Origin: Ramazzottius varieornatus | Taxonomy: Eukaryota; Animalia; Tardigrada | Direction of reading: 5' to 3' | Length of the DNA stretch: 64,000 bases | NCBI GenBank assembly: GCA_001949185.1 | Contig: BDGG01000002.1 | Location: 7,864,448 to 7,928,447 of the forward strand | Shown: piece by piece, positions 26,993 through 40,406 of the stretch | Numbering within the stretch: position 1 is the first letter of the stretch | Layout of the letters: each line of letters opens with the position of its first letter | Notes under the pieces: generated by a model | What the model was told of the DNA's origin: nothing | Databases searched by the model: none | Seen by the model: only the letters and a program-made list of their open reading frames with translations | Made by a program: the position numbers and the translations under genes

Positions 26993-28620
26993 ATGGCTTT
27001 GACGCAATCTCGTATCTTCTTTGGCCTTCTTATTACCTTAGTCGTAGCCTCTGGCTTCATCTTCACGCTGTCAGTATGGAAGACCACTCCCGTCGAGCCC
27101 CCGTACGCTACACTGTCGTTACAAGCTCGGAAATGGCAGAAGAAAGCGAAGGACACTTCACTAAACTCTTTCTGGAAAGAGTTGGGTCGTCCGTCCAACG
27201 CGTCGAAGTCCGTCACCGAAAAAGAGCTGATCCCTCCTGTCGCTCGTCAGATTTCTCGTCCGCTCGAATATCACCTGGACCCCGTAGGAATTGCCAAACA
27301 GTACGACATTATGCCCAAGCCCTGTTCGGACTTCAAGCAGCAGCCATTTCTGGTTCTGATTGTCTTTTCACGTCCGGATGGCTTCAAGCTTCGTCAAGCC
27401 ATCCGCAAGACTTACGGCTCATTAGCTAACCCTGTGTGCGGCGTCCGACTGCTCTTCATGTTGGGCCGCATCTACAACAGCGTACTGCAGACTATGCTAG
27501 TACAGGAAGCGGACAAGTACGGCGACATGATCCAGTCCAATCAGTTTGATGACAAGTACCGAGCAGCGGCCCACAAGGCCATCCATCTGCTGCAGTGGGG
27601 TGGCACCTTCTGTCCACAGTCCACTTATGTCGCCAAGATCGACGACGATAACTGGCTCAACTTGCCCAAATACTACAACTTCTTGCAACAGCACAAGGGA
27701 AACGACTACGTTTATGGAGCCATCTTCGGAGCAGGTAAATTCACCAAATTCTATGTCAATAAATACGAGACATCCGTGACGTCATCAGATTTTTTTCATG
27801 ACAGGGTTATCAGTAATGCATGAAAGGAAGGCTGTGTGACGTCAGCGCTCGTTAAAGCGGATAGGTTGTGAAACAGTGGTGACGTCGCCAAAATATAGTA
27901 AACTGCATTGTACAAATTGGCTTGCTCATGATGCTCGGCGCGACTTGAGCGGGGAACATGGAATATCGTTTTCCGGGTTTTGGTTGTTTTTGTGCTTTCT
28001 GTTTTGATCAAAGGGAGCAGCATGATGTTATACCTGGGTCGGCTGAGGTAATCAATGGTGGACTCCAAGACAAATAAGATCTGAAAGGGCGTCTTTGTCA
28101 CGCTTTGTTGACTTGGCGGTGATCGAACAGTGGGCAGACCTTAAATAAGATATCGGCGTGACAGTGTCCCTCCCGGAGTTTCCCTCCTTGAGTTTCCTGA
28201 TGCATCTGTACAAACACTACTCTATGTTTGAAGTTGAATGAGTATTTTTTTCTTTTAGGTACAACTGTGATCCGCGATCCTGCCAGCAAATACTACGTGC
28301 CACGAGAAGAGTTCGCTCCTGACCTGTATCCCGAGTACTTGTCGGGAATTCTCTACGCCTTCAAGACCAAGGTCTTGCCCAAGGTGGTGCATGTCGCCAA
28401 GAGCCTGCACGTTACTTTTAACGATGATGTTTACATCTGCGGTGTGGTAACCAGCGCAGCCAATCTGACGCGGAGAGAAGTACCAGACTATGCCTGGGAC
28501 AACAACATTTACGATACGGCGTGCCCCAAACGGGATAAAATGTGCATACATTACTCCACAGTCGAAGACTTTTACAGACTTTGGACCGATAGCTGTTATC
28601 GCTACGAAGAACTTTGCTAA
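26993..28620 (+). CDS. GT31 beta-1,3-galactosyltransferase-like type II membrane protein, 2 exons (26993-27734, 28259-28620)
   Basis: N-terminal TM; RQAIRKTYG; EADKYGDMIQ; AKIDDD (DxD); VIRDPASKYYV; YPEYLSG; DDVYICG. Confidence 0.92.
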
Positions 28621-28863
28621 TCACTTCGTTTGTACCTGCCCTACACTACTGCTTCTGTTTTTATTTCTTTTTAGCATTCGCTTTTGGTTTTATCGAGTTT
28701 TGTTTTTATCCTGTACGTTTTACTGACTTTTAACCCTACCATTTCTAAATCTGTGATAGAAATTTTTTTCCGTCTTATCGTACAGTTTCAATCGTCTTTG
28801 CTTCCAGTCTGAAATGACTTTTGAGTTTTATTCTTTACGTAACAAAATAAAGTGAATATGCGA

Positions 28864-30563
28864 TCAACGACGATCAGCGTTGGGGTCCGGTGTGGTACTT
28901 TGAGCCAGGAAAGGCGACATTTCCACTTGGCAGCCGCAGGAAGTGGGGATCTTGAACCATTCGAGGTGGAGACCGCGATCCGACGAGCATGTTAGCAAAC
29001 GTTGCAGTGAATACCGCTGTGTACACTGGCTTTTCAAATGGGAACACAGGTAATCGCATGGTTCACCGGCTCTGAAAAAAAGAAAATAAACCTCTTCCGC
29101 TGACGAAATTGATGGTAATTGCAATAGCTCGTGAAAGTCTATTGTAGACATTGATGGTACAACCATACCACACGTCTTGCAGTAAAGTTCATCATTGGAA
29201 ATGCATTTGGCGTGAGTGGCCGAACTGTTCAACAAGTGCCAGATGAATATTCAGCGTCTCGAGAACTGCACTTAAGAAGGTACAAGACCAGTTTCGCGAA
29301 AAACTCTTGACGAACACTTCAAACGTGAGACGTTGACAAACACCGTAAACTACTTCCGCTGGCGCGCGACGTCACGGTGCCGGTCGAAATGGGGAGTAAA
29401 TCTGGCAGAGCCGCGACGTCACTGCGGCCTACTTCATCTGTCGATTGATTAGCTTTTACAGGTTGATTGACTGACCTCAAGCACTCTTCCGCTCGGACAA
29501 CCTGCCTGCATTGGCCAACCTGGACCAAAGGATCCCATCCGCCAAGCTCCTTCTCAGCTCGAACGATGGACAGCGCATGCTTAATGGTGGATGGACAAAC
29601 TTCGTATGTGTGGTTGAAGGTCAAGAGTTGTTGTTGTCGGGAATACTGGTAGGCGGAAGTGTCATCTCGGGCTCGTCGAATGGGTGCAGCTGGGCGTCTG
29701 GCTGGAGGAGCGGCCGGCAAGCGAGAAGGATTCGCTTTCACCAACCTTTCCCTACTTCTTTCTAATTGGATCCGTGATGCTTTGGTAGGTGGGTTCGTTC
29801 GTCGAGGGGCGCTGGTGACCGTCAGAGGCTCTGGCTCAGCTGCACCGAGTTCTTCCTCGACAGGTGGCGCTTCTTCCGCCACCGGCTCTTCCGGCACTGC
29901 GGTGGCTTCGGTGGCGATAAGCTCCTCGTCGGGAAATAATTCGCAGCTCCATTGGACATGTCTTCGAAGTTTCCGGAAAAGCTCCGGATCGCTTTCAACG
30001 CATGACGCGATAAAATCGCTGGAAGAAAGAAGCTTGCATGCTGCGACCCGGAAGGTGACCGTGTCTATCCTGCTACGTACCTCGGATACTGGTTGTCTGT
30101 TTCACAGTACGTGCTTGTCGACAGCGTTACGCAGAAGGGAAGTTGCGGCTTCACTGTGAAAAGAAAGGGACGCATGTAAGTCTCATGTCACGGTTTTACG
30201 GGGTGGAAATATGATATTCAACAAATCAACGGTGTCGACCCTCACAAGGTTTTCTGCTTACCCTGCAGCAAGAAAGCTGGCTGGTGTCCGCTGGCTGTTA
30301 GCTGGCCGTGTCGTCGGTACTGCCCGTAAGAATTCACTGCAACTACGTCAGTCTCCGTAACTATCGCGTAAGATGTTTTCTGTTTTTCAAACAGAGAATT
30401 TACCTGGAAGATTGGAGCGGGAGTAGGAGTAACGCTGAGAAACCACCGCCACCGGCGGTCTCCACTGGGCTTGCGGCAACCACGAGCCGAGCTCTTCCCC
30501 ATCGTCGCCACACTTGACGCCGACAAACAAAATCACTACGGCAGCAAGCACTGAGGTCTTCAT
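28864..30563 (-). CDS. Spaetzle/neurotrophin-like cystine-knot secreted ligand, multi-exon
   Basis: Signal peptide MKTSVLAAVVILFVGVKC; prodomain ending in RRAR; EVCPS..QVVRAEEC..PC..SQCTQRYSLQRLL..WFKIPTSCGCQV. Confidence 0.85.
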
Positions 30564-31763
30564 CTTAGATGATTGTATAGATGGTATCCGAAAAAGAGCG
30601 GAGATTTATCTGCTGTGCTTTCGGAGCATTTTATGTCTTTTTTCGGCGGGTCTTGGGTTTGCGGCAGTGGAGAAGATAATGCAGTACTACTATTTAATCT
30701 TCTACTATAGAATTAGATCAGAATTTGCTTTTCAAGTTTGAAATTATTTTTCTCAAGAACTACTTTCGAATTCACATAGTATAGCTTTCGAATTCACAGA
30801 GCTGTTTATCAGGCTCGTGGAATTGTGGCCGAAGAGCGATGAGGAAACCATTTACGGTGGGAATTTAATTTGTGATCAAGTCAAGTACCCGCTTTATTGA
30901 CCATCTACTGATTCTGTTTTGTTTCCAGGAGCAATCGAGCACGTGCCGACGAGCTTTCAGTAAGAGATAAAATTCGAAAGCAGGTCAAATGAGTCACGAG
31001 ATTTCAGTGGAAGCCACACGCAAACCTGCCCGCGATATTTTGCTTGCATGTGCAACTGTGGTGTACTGTATTTTCCTGGAAGACTGACGAGCAACCAGCG
31101 GTGGTTGCTTCTGCAAAAAGAGCTTCCGGGCCTTGACGCATGGATAAAAGGAAAACCACGGTTGAGGTTCCGGTTACTTCCGTCTTGCTGACGAGATCGA
31201 TCTGGTTAGCGAGGATGTCGTCAATCTTTGACCTTCGGCATCACCGATTCCACTACTCTGTGGTTTCTCGTTGTATTTTGATCGTAGTTCGTACGGTACA
31301 CCCCAACTTACAGTTGTTGAAACTATTCGCTGGTGGAAACCTTTCAGGGGGCTGTCCCTCTGTTTCTCCTGGAAATTGTGAATGCACGGGAAGGAAGCCT
31401 TCTATGATCGCACCGAGGACTTCCGGCAGCCTGACTATAATCTTGTCATACGCAGACGCATCCGTATAGTATTAAATTCTCACTACGAGGCTTGACAGTT
31501 CCATACGGTCCGATAAGTTGATGCACAGTCGGAGTCTGGCATTGAGCGTAAGAGATCTCAAAGAGGAAGGCTGATTATGCATACGCATTACTTCCACTTG
31601 TCATCGGAACTGTTGGATTTCTGACGTCGTCTGAGCCGAAGTCTGACAACGCCCTACTCTATCAGGTTGCCCACAAGTTCCGACGCTCTTTTGAGAGCCT
31701 TCAGTTATCCTCTAATTCCCCTTGCGTGATATCAGTTAAACTACAAATCTATTAGATCGTCAT

Positions 31764-32130
31764 TATAGAGAATGCGAGCGAAAGCGCACTAGCACAATTC
31801 CATACGCACAAGGACATCGTGACGTTATGGGAAACATTGTGCAACTCNNNNNNNNNNNNNNNNNNNNNNNNNNNNNNNNNNNNNNNNNNNNNNNNNNNNN
31901 NNNNNNNNNNNNNNNNNNNNNNNNNNNNNNNNNNNNNNNNNNNNNNNNNNNNNNNNNNNNNNNNNNNNNNNNNNNNNNNNNNNNNNNNNNNNNNNNNNNN
32001 NNNNNNNNNNNNNNNNNNNNNNNNNNNCACTCTTTTAGCACTGTCTACGAGACGAACTTGTTTCTATGATGTCACGATGCTCCTGTGCGTATCCAATTGT
32101 GCTGGTGCGCTTTCGCTCGCAATCTGTATA
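31764..32130. mobile_element. MITE-like element with ~75-bp imperfect terminal inverted repeats spanning an assembly gap
   Basis: 31764-31840 is the reverse complement of ~32057-32130 (GCGAGCGAAAGCGCAC(T/C)AGCACAATT..ATACGCACA). The direct repeat TATTAGATCG occurs at 31750 and 32129. Confidence 0.65.
31848..32027. other. Assembly gap (180 N)
   Basis: Run of N bases. Confidence 1.
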
Positions 32131-32644
32131 TTAGATCGACGTGCGTGAAAACATCGCAGCGTAAACGGTATTATTGTATTAGTACCCAATAACAACTCAC
32201 CATCCATACCAATTACGGACATGAACGTATTAATTCCACATCAGGATAATAATCCCGACACTACACCTCAACGAAGAACAATAAGGGTCAACACGCGGAA
32301 CTTGATAGACCGAAAACAATGATGTTTTCACCGAAACCAAAATTTTATGTAATAATAACCCAAGTCAACAAACAGTTTACGGGACAATTCAAAGAAAACA
32401 AGACATTACCAACAAGAGATGACTATTTTCAGAGAACTAAATACTTTATCCCGACGGGAAAAATGTCACGAGAGAAATTAAATTTACAAGAAGAGAAAAT
32501 TTGGAGTTGGGGACTGATTTATTTTATTATTCTTTATCACGGCAATTCTTTTAGGTCCTTTCCTTTCATCATTGCGGACTTCTTTCCGGCCAAGACTCTC
32601 TCGTTCTTTGGGTCGCAAATCTGTGAACAGAAAGAAGAAGCGGT

Positions 32645-33889
32645 TTAGAGTGTGGCTATAAAATGCCCACGATGATGCACAAGCCAGCCTACCCAGCATT
32701 TGCACTGTCGTGAGGCCAAGGCTTGGTAAACGACGGCGACGAGATTGACAATGAAGGCAGGTATTAGCAATATCAGGCCGAGGAAGAGCATGACGGTGGT
32801 GAAGCCTTCGCCGACTTGGGGGACGATCATCGAGTAATGCGACAAAGAGATGATGTAAGAGCTGATACCGATACCGTTGCAGTAGAGGAGCAGCGAGGCG
32901 TTGCAGATGAAGTAGGAGCGACGCAGAAACTTGTGGATGGGTCGCGAGATGGAACGCTTGCTGGCCATCCGTCCCATGAAGCCAATCAGCAGGTTCATCA
33001 CACCGATCCACACGGCGAACCACAAGGTGTCTTCCCGTGACAGGAGGACCCATTGTCCACCGGAGAAGACCGGATAGTGGACTGCAAAGACAGGAAGAGG
33101 AAGGTTAACACAGCGCACAATGGTCCTATGGCCGATTACATTCCTACGTCAGCGACTCTTTTTTCTTCGTTCGAGTGTATAAGTAAACAAACGAAAAACA
33201 CAGTGGCGATATGGAATGTACTCGAGAATAAGTAGTCAATAACGGCCGGAGATTATTTGAGCGAGTTACATAATGAAACCGCAGAGTTCTCGTTTTTCTT
33301 CGTCCCAATAAACCAAGCGTTCGCAGGACCTTGCCATTGGTCTACCGACCGAAAGCCATGCACCACACCGCATGCCGCACACCGACACCACACATAGAGC
33401 GCACAGTAAAACCCCGCCCACATTCGAACTATTCAACTCGCAATGATCTCACTGCTCGTAGTTTAACCCGGACATTTCTCCCACGAGACCAAGTCACAAT
33501 TCTGATCGACCTGCAACGATCAAAATTACGAAGGACGACGTCGTTCACAGAGGCTGATTTTAGCTGCGAGATCGATCATCGATGCATGACGACGGAAAAC
33601 GTTGCGAATCGCTGTTTGAAATTCGCCTCTCGGCTATAAAACCAGTTGGTATAGTTTTGGTAAAGTTTTGCTTACAGTAAAGGCCGACGCCGATCAACAC
33701 TATTCCCAAGACCATTTGCAGAATAGACAGCGTCTTGAAGCGGCTGAGATAGCGGCATGTTGCTCGGGAAGAGTGGCCGTCTTCGAGATACATTCCGCCA
33801 TTGCGTATCAGCGGTGCCTGATCGTTGGCTGTCAGCTGCACCCCACTGGGGCCTGTGAAAACCACTTGGCTGGGATTGACTTTATCCAT
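32645..33889 (-). CDS. Four-TM MS4A/CD20-like membrane protein, 2 exons (33889-33676, 33081-32645)
   Basis: LSILQMVLGIVLIGVG..FAVWIGVMNLLIGFMG..further hydrophobic helices; a phase-1 GT-AG intron joins the ORFs. Confidence 0.6.
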
Positions 33890-34698
33890 TTTCCAGCCGA
33901 AAGAAGTCTGAAGTAAATGGCAGGGAAGAAATGGAAAGGAAGCGTCAGGAATGCAGGATAGAAGTGAAGCGAAGATTTGCGGTTGCGCAGTTCGCTATGA
34001 TCCGAAGACGCGAAGAAGCAGGCTTTCCATGCCGCGGCGAAGAATAAGCAAACCTGTTCTGCAAAGAGAAGGAAGACGACGATCGACGGCGGTCTTTATT
34101 GGCGCTGGTACGAAATGTTCGACATATCCGAGGAATAAAAAAAATCATCGAAAACTGTAAAAGGCGAACGAAGCCAGCGCGACTGCGCGAGTTGATAACG
34201 ACGGGCCTGCAAGCCACGCTTTATCGCTTCTCTCGCTCGAACGCTTCGACGTCTTCGAGTGTTAGCCCGTCTCCGCGTGCTCTCGTACAGCTGTAGCGAC
34301 AAGCGAACCGCGGACGAAGTTCGACACGAGGCTTTCTGCAGGCGAATTTAAACAGCGTTAAAGTGCATTACGTCACTGCATTCGCACGGCCTCCCGCACA
34401 GTGCCCGGCAGATGGCGCAGTTTGACATGTTCTCGTACAATGGAGTCTTTGTGTTACGTCAGTCACGATTCGCGCCGAAAGTTTGCCGCTGATTCTCAGC
34501 CATGACTCATTCTACTATGAGGTCAGCATGAGGTCATAGTTGACTGGGATGTCTGGCAATCTGCATGCGGTCTTCTTCTGTGGTATTCCGCAAGATCTTC
34601 TTCATTCCCCGATTCCCGGTTCATTTTCTTCACCTATCTACTGGTTCCGGGCTTTGTTGTAGTACCTTTGGTCTTCCGCTTTAGGTATCGGAGGGGTG

Positions 34699-36384
34699 AT
34701 GGCGAAGATGTTGTCGCAGCTTCGCACGAAGCCGTTCAAACATCCTTACGGGATGATCCTGATGGCTCGGGCGCGATGCACCGAGCTACTCATCCAGAGG
34801 AACCAGCTTCTCCTCCAGGAAATAGCCCTACTGCATCAGCGCGAGATGTTGATGAGACCCGGACAGGACCAGTCCAGCCTGTACGCCGTATTCCGTGCTG
34901 GCCATGATGCTCATCCTGACGCGCGATCGTGTTTGACGATCGAAGATGACGCTGTCGAGTGGCCTGTCCGCCAGTCCGGGTACTTCTCCGGAGGATCTCC
35001 CCACGGTAATTCCTCATGGCCTTTTCCCTCGAATTCGCACGGGGACATGACCGTCGGCTGGAACGGCCAGCGGATCTACAGCCCTGACGACTTCTTTGGA
35101 GGAGCAAAGACCATCCCGTACACAAATCAGGTAAGATCTGCCATCACTGGCCCTGCTGATATCACGAAGGGTTCACGTCCAGCTTTCTGGTTTGTGAACA
35201 TCAAGGAATGATAGTTCTTCCTCTGTTTCAGACCTCTGATCTTTCCCAACCTTCCCAAGTCCACTTGAGCGATTACTCCTTGTCGACTGGCGCAGCTGCT
35301 TCCTTTGGCCCTATCGGCAGCCGACAAGAACCTTCTCCCTATCAGCCTATCTCCACTCCCCTCAACCAAGTCCTCGCCTCGTATGCTAGACAAGAACAGG
35401 TATTTAGAAATCAATGTTCGTTCCCATCAACCTTTCTTCGTGTAAAATTTATCCGCGCTAAGTTTCGCTGACGTTCTTCCGTTTTTGCGTTTTAGGCTGT
35501 TGTTGGCCATGACGTCCATCCTTCGTCCCTTGTCGATCGCGAGCAGCGAATGAAAGGTATCTTTACTCGTGCTATTTTTCACGTATTCTGTCCGAGCCGA
35601 CATTAGGATGATACAAAACAATAACAGAAGCGAACTCAGTTTTCTCATACATGGGTTTTTTTTCTAGAAAGCCAGCGGGCTGCGGACGACTTGCGCCTGC
35701 TGCTGGCTGGTAATTTTCCTGTAAGTAAAGCCCCTGACGAGCGCAGAGACTCCGGTTATGCAGAAGGAGAAGAGCAGAAATTTCAAGCGCCATCGGAAGG
35801 TACGTGTCGCACGAAGGTTCCCTGGGTATTTCATTGGTATCGACTGGAAAAAATCAACACGATTTGCTTGCTGGTGTTTTAGGTTCTGAGGACGAGGATG
35901 AAAGTACAGCCGTTTCAGTAAACTTTAGCTTGGGCGAAGACGACTCGATCTCGACCAGCTTCTTCGGTGCCATGGTTCAGAAGAATGATGAAGTTTTCGT
36001 GGAGAACAACAAACTACGCATGTCAGAGTGTTCGCTTTCGGAGCAAATTCTCAACCAAGGCATCTTGTACTCGTCGGTAAACCAAGAGCAAAAAGGTACT
36101 CATCAGGGCATCACTTTTGTACGATCAGCGAATTCGTGGCATTATAATAAAAGCTGAATATTCTCCGCCTCTTATACAGGAACTTCCCCGATGATTGAAA
36201 CTGCACTGGAGATACCTCCAAAGAAGAAGCGATCAAAACTACAGAAGATCACCGCATTTGTCTGTCGAAATTTTGCTGTAAGTGAAAGGTAATCTTTGGT
36301 CCATGTAATCAACCACAGCGGACACGGTTATGCTTCTTGTCGACGTTTTGCTTGTTGCAGGGATGTATTCGTGCTTCGGACTAG
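34699..36384 (+). CDS. Uncharacterised low-complexity protein with NLS-like PPKKKR, ~7 exons
   Basis: Consecutive short GT-AG introns keep one open frame (…YTNQ|TSDL…RQEQ|AVVG…|ESQR…|SEDE…|GTSP…RNFA|GCIRASD*). No domain recognised. Confidence 0.55.
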
Positions 36385-39300
36385 GCGGACGGACGGCTGG
36401 ACCTTCCATCACGGTTTGCTGCAAATTGTCGTACATGGCGGAAAGGTTCCTCCTCCTTTTTCCCGAGAAACTTTAGCTGAGGTTCTTGTTTCTCTAAATT
36501 ATTCCGTTATTGTAATGACTGGCGCAGTGTGCATATCCGTCAACACTGTCACCTTTATTTCTGCCCGAGACGGCAGCTTATAGTATTTGAAGATTTGATT
36601 TTTATTTTTTTACCTGGACCAAAAACTCTAATACTGCCTTTTCTATTTTCCCCTTTTCTTTCTCTCTCCTTCTGACTTTCACTTCTCTGTTCTTTATCTT
36701 CGTTCTGTTTCTTCCGGAATTCCGTTGCTTCCGTTTCGTTGCCTTTGTTGTTCTTCCTCGTTTAAAGGTTTTCGGGTTTCTACACGTCCTCTTGGAAAAG
36801 CACGAAACATTTTCTATATAAGCTATTTTATCCATATGTGAAATACAAAGTGGGTGGACAAGACGAAAGATTCTAACAAGCTCGAACAACATGAGCCACA
36901 AAACAAACTGGCGGCTGATGACGCCAGGTCGAAAACTTTCTTCCTTGATGTCGTACCGGTGCCGGTACGTGGAGTTGCTCTGTGGTTCTACTAGTACTCG
37001 TTATTTGCTCATCATTTATGAATGTTAGCCAGGTGAAACTCTGCAGTTTTTCGAGAAAAGCAACCACATCGATCGCTTGAGAGACTCGAACGCTCCAAAT
37101 TCGGCGTTTGCGAAATCAAACATCCGAAAATATCGAAGTGGAAATCAGGCTGATAAACCGACAGGGCAATGTACGATGTTCGGATCGAAATTCGCGATTT
37201 TTGATTTGAAAAGAAATCTTGCTTGGCCACTTTTTTCTTAGGAAAGAGATTCAGAGTAGAAGGCGTACCTGCAGAAGAACTGATAGCGTGAACGTCAAGG
37301 AACATATGGAAGCAGACGGAACTGGGTTTCGTCTCTTTCGACTGGTGGTTCTTACCTGGATATGGGAACAGGTAATGAGTAAAACCAACACCGGAATAGC
37401 TTCTCCATTTACCTTTCGTAATGACAGGCTGGCGAGCATGTCAAGTGGTGTATCATCAAGTAGAAACGCAGACTCGGAATTGTCGGCCGATGCCCTGGCG
37501 AAGCTGAGTGAATATGCTTCCTCAGCATTGCCAACATCTTGCCAAAAACTCCGAGCTGCTACCGTACAAATCTCTCTCCTCCACCTCCACCACGGGCGGG
37601 ATCTCTCCTGACAGACCAGAAAACCACAAGGTATTTCAAGGGATGTCGATCGACCAACAACAAAATAATGGCTGTAAAAAATGCACTCAAGAGTGGATGA
37701 AAAATGGGAAGCATGATTTTCCGGCGAGTTCTTCACGAAGACACTGAGACCGAAGTAGGGTCGCCGACAGATAGGGAAACTATTAGACACATCCATGGTG
37801 AGGTGATATGGTCGATTTAAAGGCAGGAAACATATGAAGAAACGTAGGGATAAGCTGAGCGATGGGACGATCGGCGAACCCCCATCGGAAAGGAGGAAGA
37901 ATGAAACAGTCGATGGTGACCGCTTCCTGGACCGATTTGTATTGGGCTCATATGCTGATGAAGTAAATGTTTTCTCGATGAAATGATGACTCTGAATACT
38001 GTTTGCACAGAGATTCAGGTAAAAAGTGTTGATACAGTATCGCATTACCCAGCCAATGAGTTTTGTCTTTCCCTCCATATCCTGCGCTGCCGGCACTGGC
38101 CGACAAGCCCTCTACTCTGCAGATGCTGGTCGACCCGGCCAAAACACTCCACAATCGCCACCCGGCTCGAAATTCCTCACAGTACTCCAGAACCAGCATA
38201 CACTAGGACGCTCTTATGCTCCACTTACTGTAATACTGTACATGGTCCAACTGAAGACCAAGGACCCTTCTTCCTCGTAGACGCAGATCAGCTAGTCGGA
38301 AAGGATGATGAAAATATCCCGACCAGTGTTCTTCTGGTTCCAATAAAAAACAATATACCTGCAAACTATATAGATACCGGAAACTGCGGTGATAAAAAAA
38401 ACCAGAAATATTCCATGGAAGGAATGGAGGTGGGAAGGCGGGCTGGAGGAATTTTGCGCGACTTGAATCGGGCACACGGAAGGAAAAGGGTAAACTTGGT
38501 GAGATAGTTAGGGTCCTCCTCCGCATATTTTTTGTGAATAGAAAACGAGGGTTCTCGTTTTCTTATGCGTAGGATCGAGAAATTTGTGAAAGTGCGACGG
38601 GTAGATAGGGAAGCTGTGGTGTAACGGTAACGGTAAAGTGAGCAAGCATGGAACATTCCGTCCGTCAGAAGCACTTACTGTCGTCTACCTACGTCGGCCA
38701 TTACTGAACTTTTACCTTGACAAAACGCAGAAAGCGCTCATCGATATTTGCTTTTCGGTTTATCTCGGGCTACAGGTATGGCCCACGTCAAATTTAGCTC
38801 TCGCTAACCAATTTGCTTACTCTGCAGTCTGCAATGTCCTGCTGCATGCTTCCTTCTTCAAGAGCATGCTCGATTTCATCGCTAAGTGGACAGGTTTACA
38901 AGTCGCCATATCCACCACATCACTACGCGAGGTTTACAAGGGAAACGTCCACACCTACACGGTAAAACATTCCAAGGCTCATCCTTCAATTCAGTCTCTT
39001 TCTAAAATTTAGCAAGGTACAAATTGGAGACCGGCAAACGGAGCGCGCGAGATCTTTTTCCCAAGTGGCGCAGGCCTTTAGCTAACAACAACGGAAAACT
39101 ACGCCACTTAAAATAACAGTCTTTGCCAACCTCCAAAGTCTGGGCAGCCGACGATTTCTCGGTTCCTGGAGATACAGGGGGTGTGGACGGGGTGCCTCAG
39201 TTCGGTTGTGAAACTTTACCGTACGCAAATTAAGGCTTGCCCCAGCTCGACATGATGGAAGATCCCGACGGACTTCGTGTATGCAAGACTGATGTTTGCG

Positions 39301-40406
39301 AACCTGATGACGATGACAAGCTAGGCGAGGAGCCGAAAGTGATATCTAGCGCAGTGGATGTCACTCAAGTCTGTTTCAACAACGAGGAAACTTATTCCAT
39401 ACCTGTCTTGACAAATTTTATACTTCAGCGTCCGGGTAGGTCCTAGGTGGCAAAACTCTGCTCCGGATTGGTTTCACCTTCCTTGTGACATGAATTCATG
39501 CCTGTGGTGTTTGTTCCAGCCGCACCACCGGTATATATTGTGCCTGTCCATACCCGTAATGTCAATATTTGACATAATTAGTCGGGGAGAGAATTTATGC
39601 CGCACGGTTCTGCGTTAGTTGATACAGTTTCAGCTTCCTTCAAGTGTGCTTTCATATTCTGGCCGGACACACAACCGCTCATATTTCATAAATGATGGGG
39701 AGAATATGCATAAATAATGTGTGCAGAAGGCCCCAATTGGGTCCACCAGCCCTACATTTGGCCAGAGAACACCACTTGGAGCAACAATGAGGCGGTAAAC
39801 AACCTCGGTACGATCGTTATCTCGAGTCGCGCACTTCCCTATGTTATTAACATGAGATGTGCGCCACTTCGGTTGAAGATCATCCCGAGATCGTTTACCG
39901 GCCTTTCAATTATTCTTCCCCATAGCCGGAGTGAATCTTCGCGGGGAAGGCTAAGTGGGGAACCAGAGCACTAAGGGATCGTACAGTACCGAATCGGGCC
40001 GTCCTTGAACAAATAATATGCCAGCCTTATTTGGACTGCCAACGCTGTGTCAACTTTCGATATTCAGCCAGACAATGCAAATAACTTCTTCAAAAGAGAT
40101 GCCTCGTTATATACACACTCTTCCTCGCAAAGGCCAAACAGCTTGCTTTTCACCGGCATTCAGGAGAGACATCATTGACGGACTGACTTGTCCCACTAGT
40201 AAAAACAATATACTGGCAAGTTGGTCAATTAACCACTTGTTTGCGCTTCGTAACGATGTCTTCCTTTCCTTGAAGACTTCTCTTTTTATGGACAGGGGGC
40301 TAAGCAAGCGTTTTGGTCGGACGGAGCAGCGAGCAGCTGAATCTACGAAAAGATCCAAACGAATAAAGTGAGACTTCCGGGTTATGTTAGACTGACGAGC
40401 CTTTAC

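Noticed and set aside
31752-32148. ORFs spanning poly-X
   Set aside because: Artefacts of the N gap.
37251-38096. 281-aa - strand ORF
   Set aside because: No recognisable domain, composition looks non-coding, and splice signals are ambiguous on both strands.
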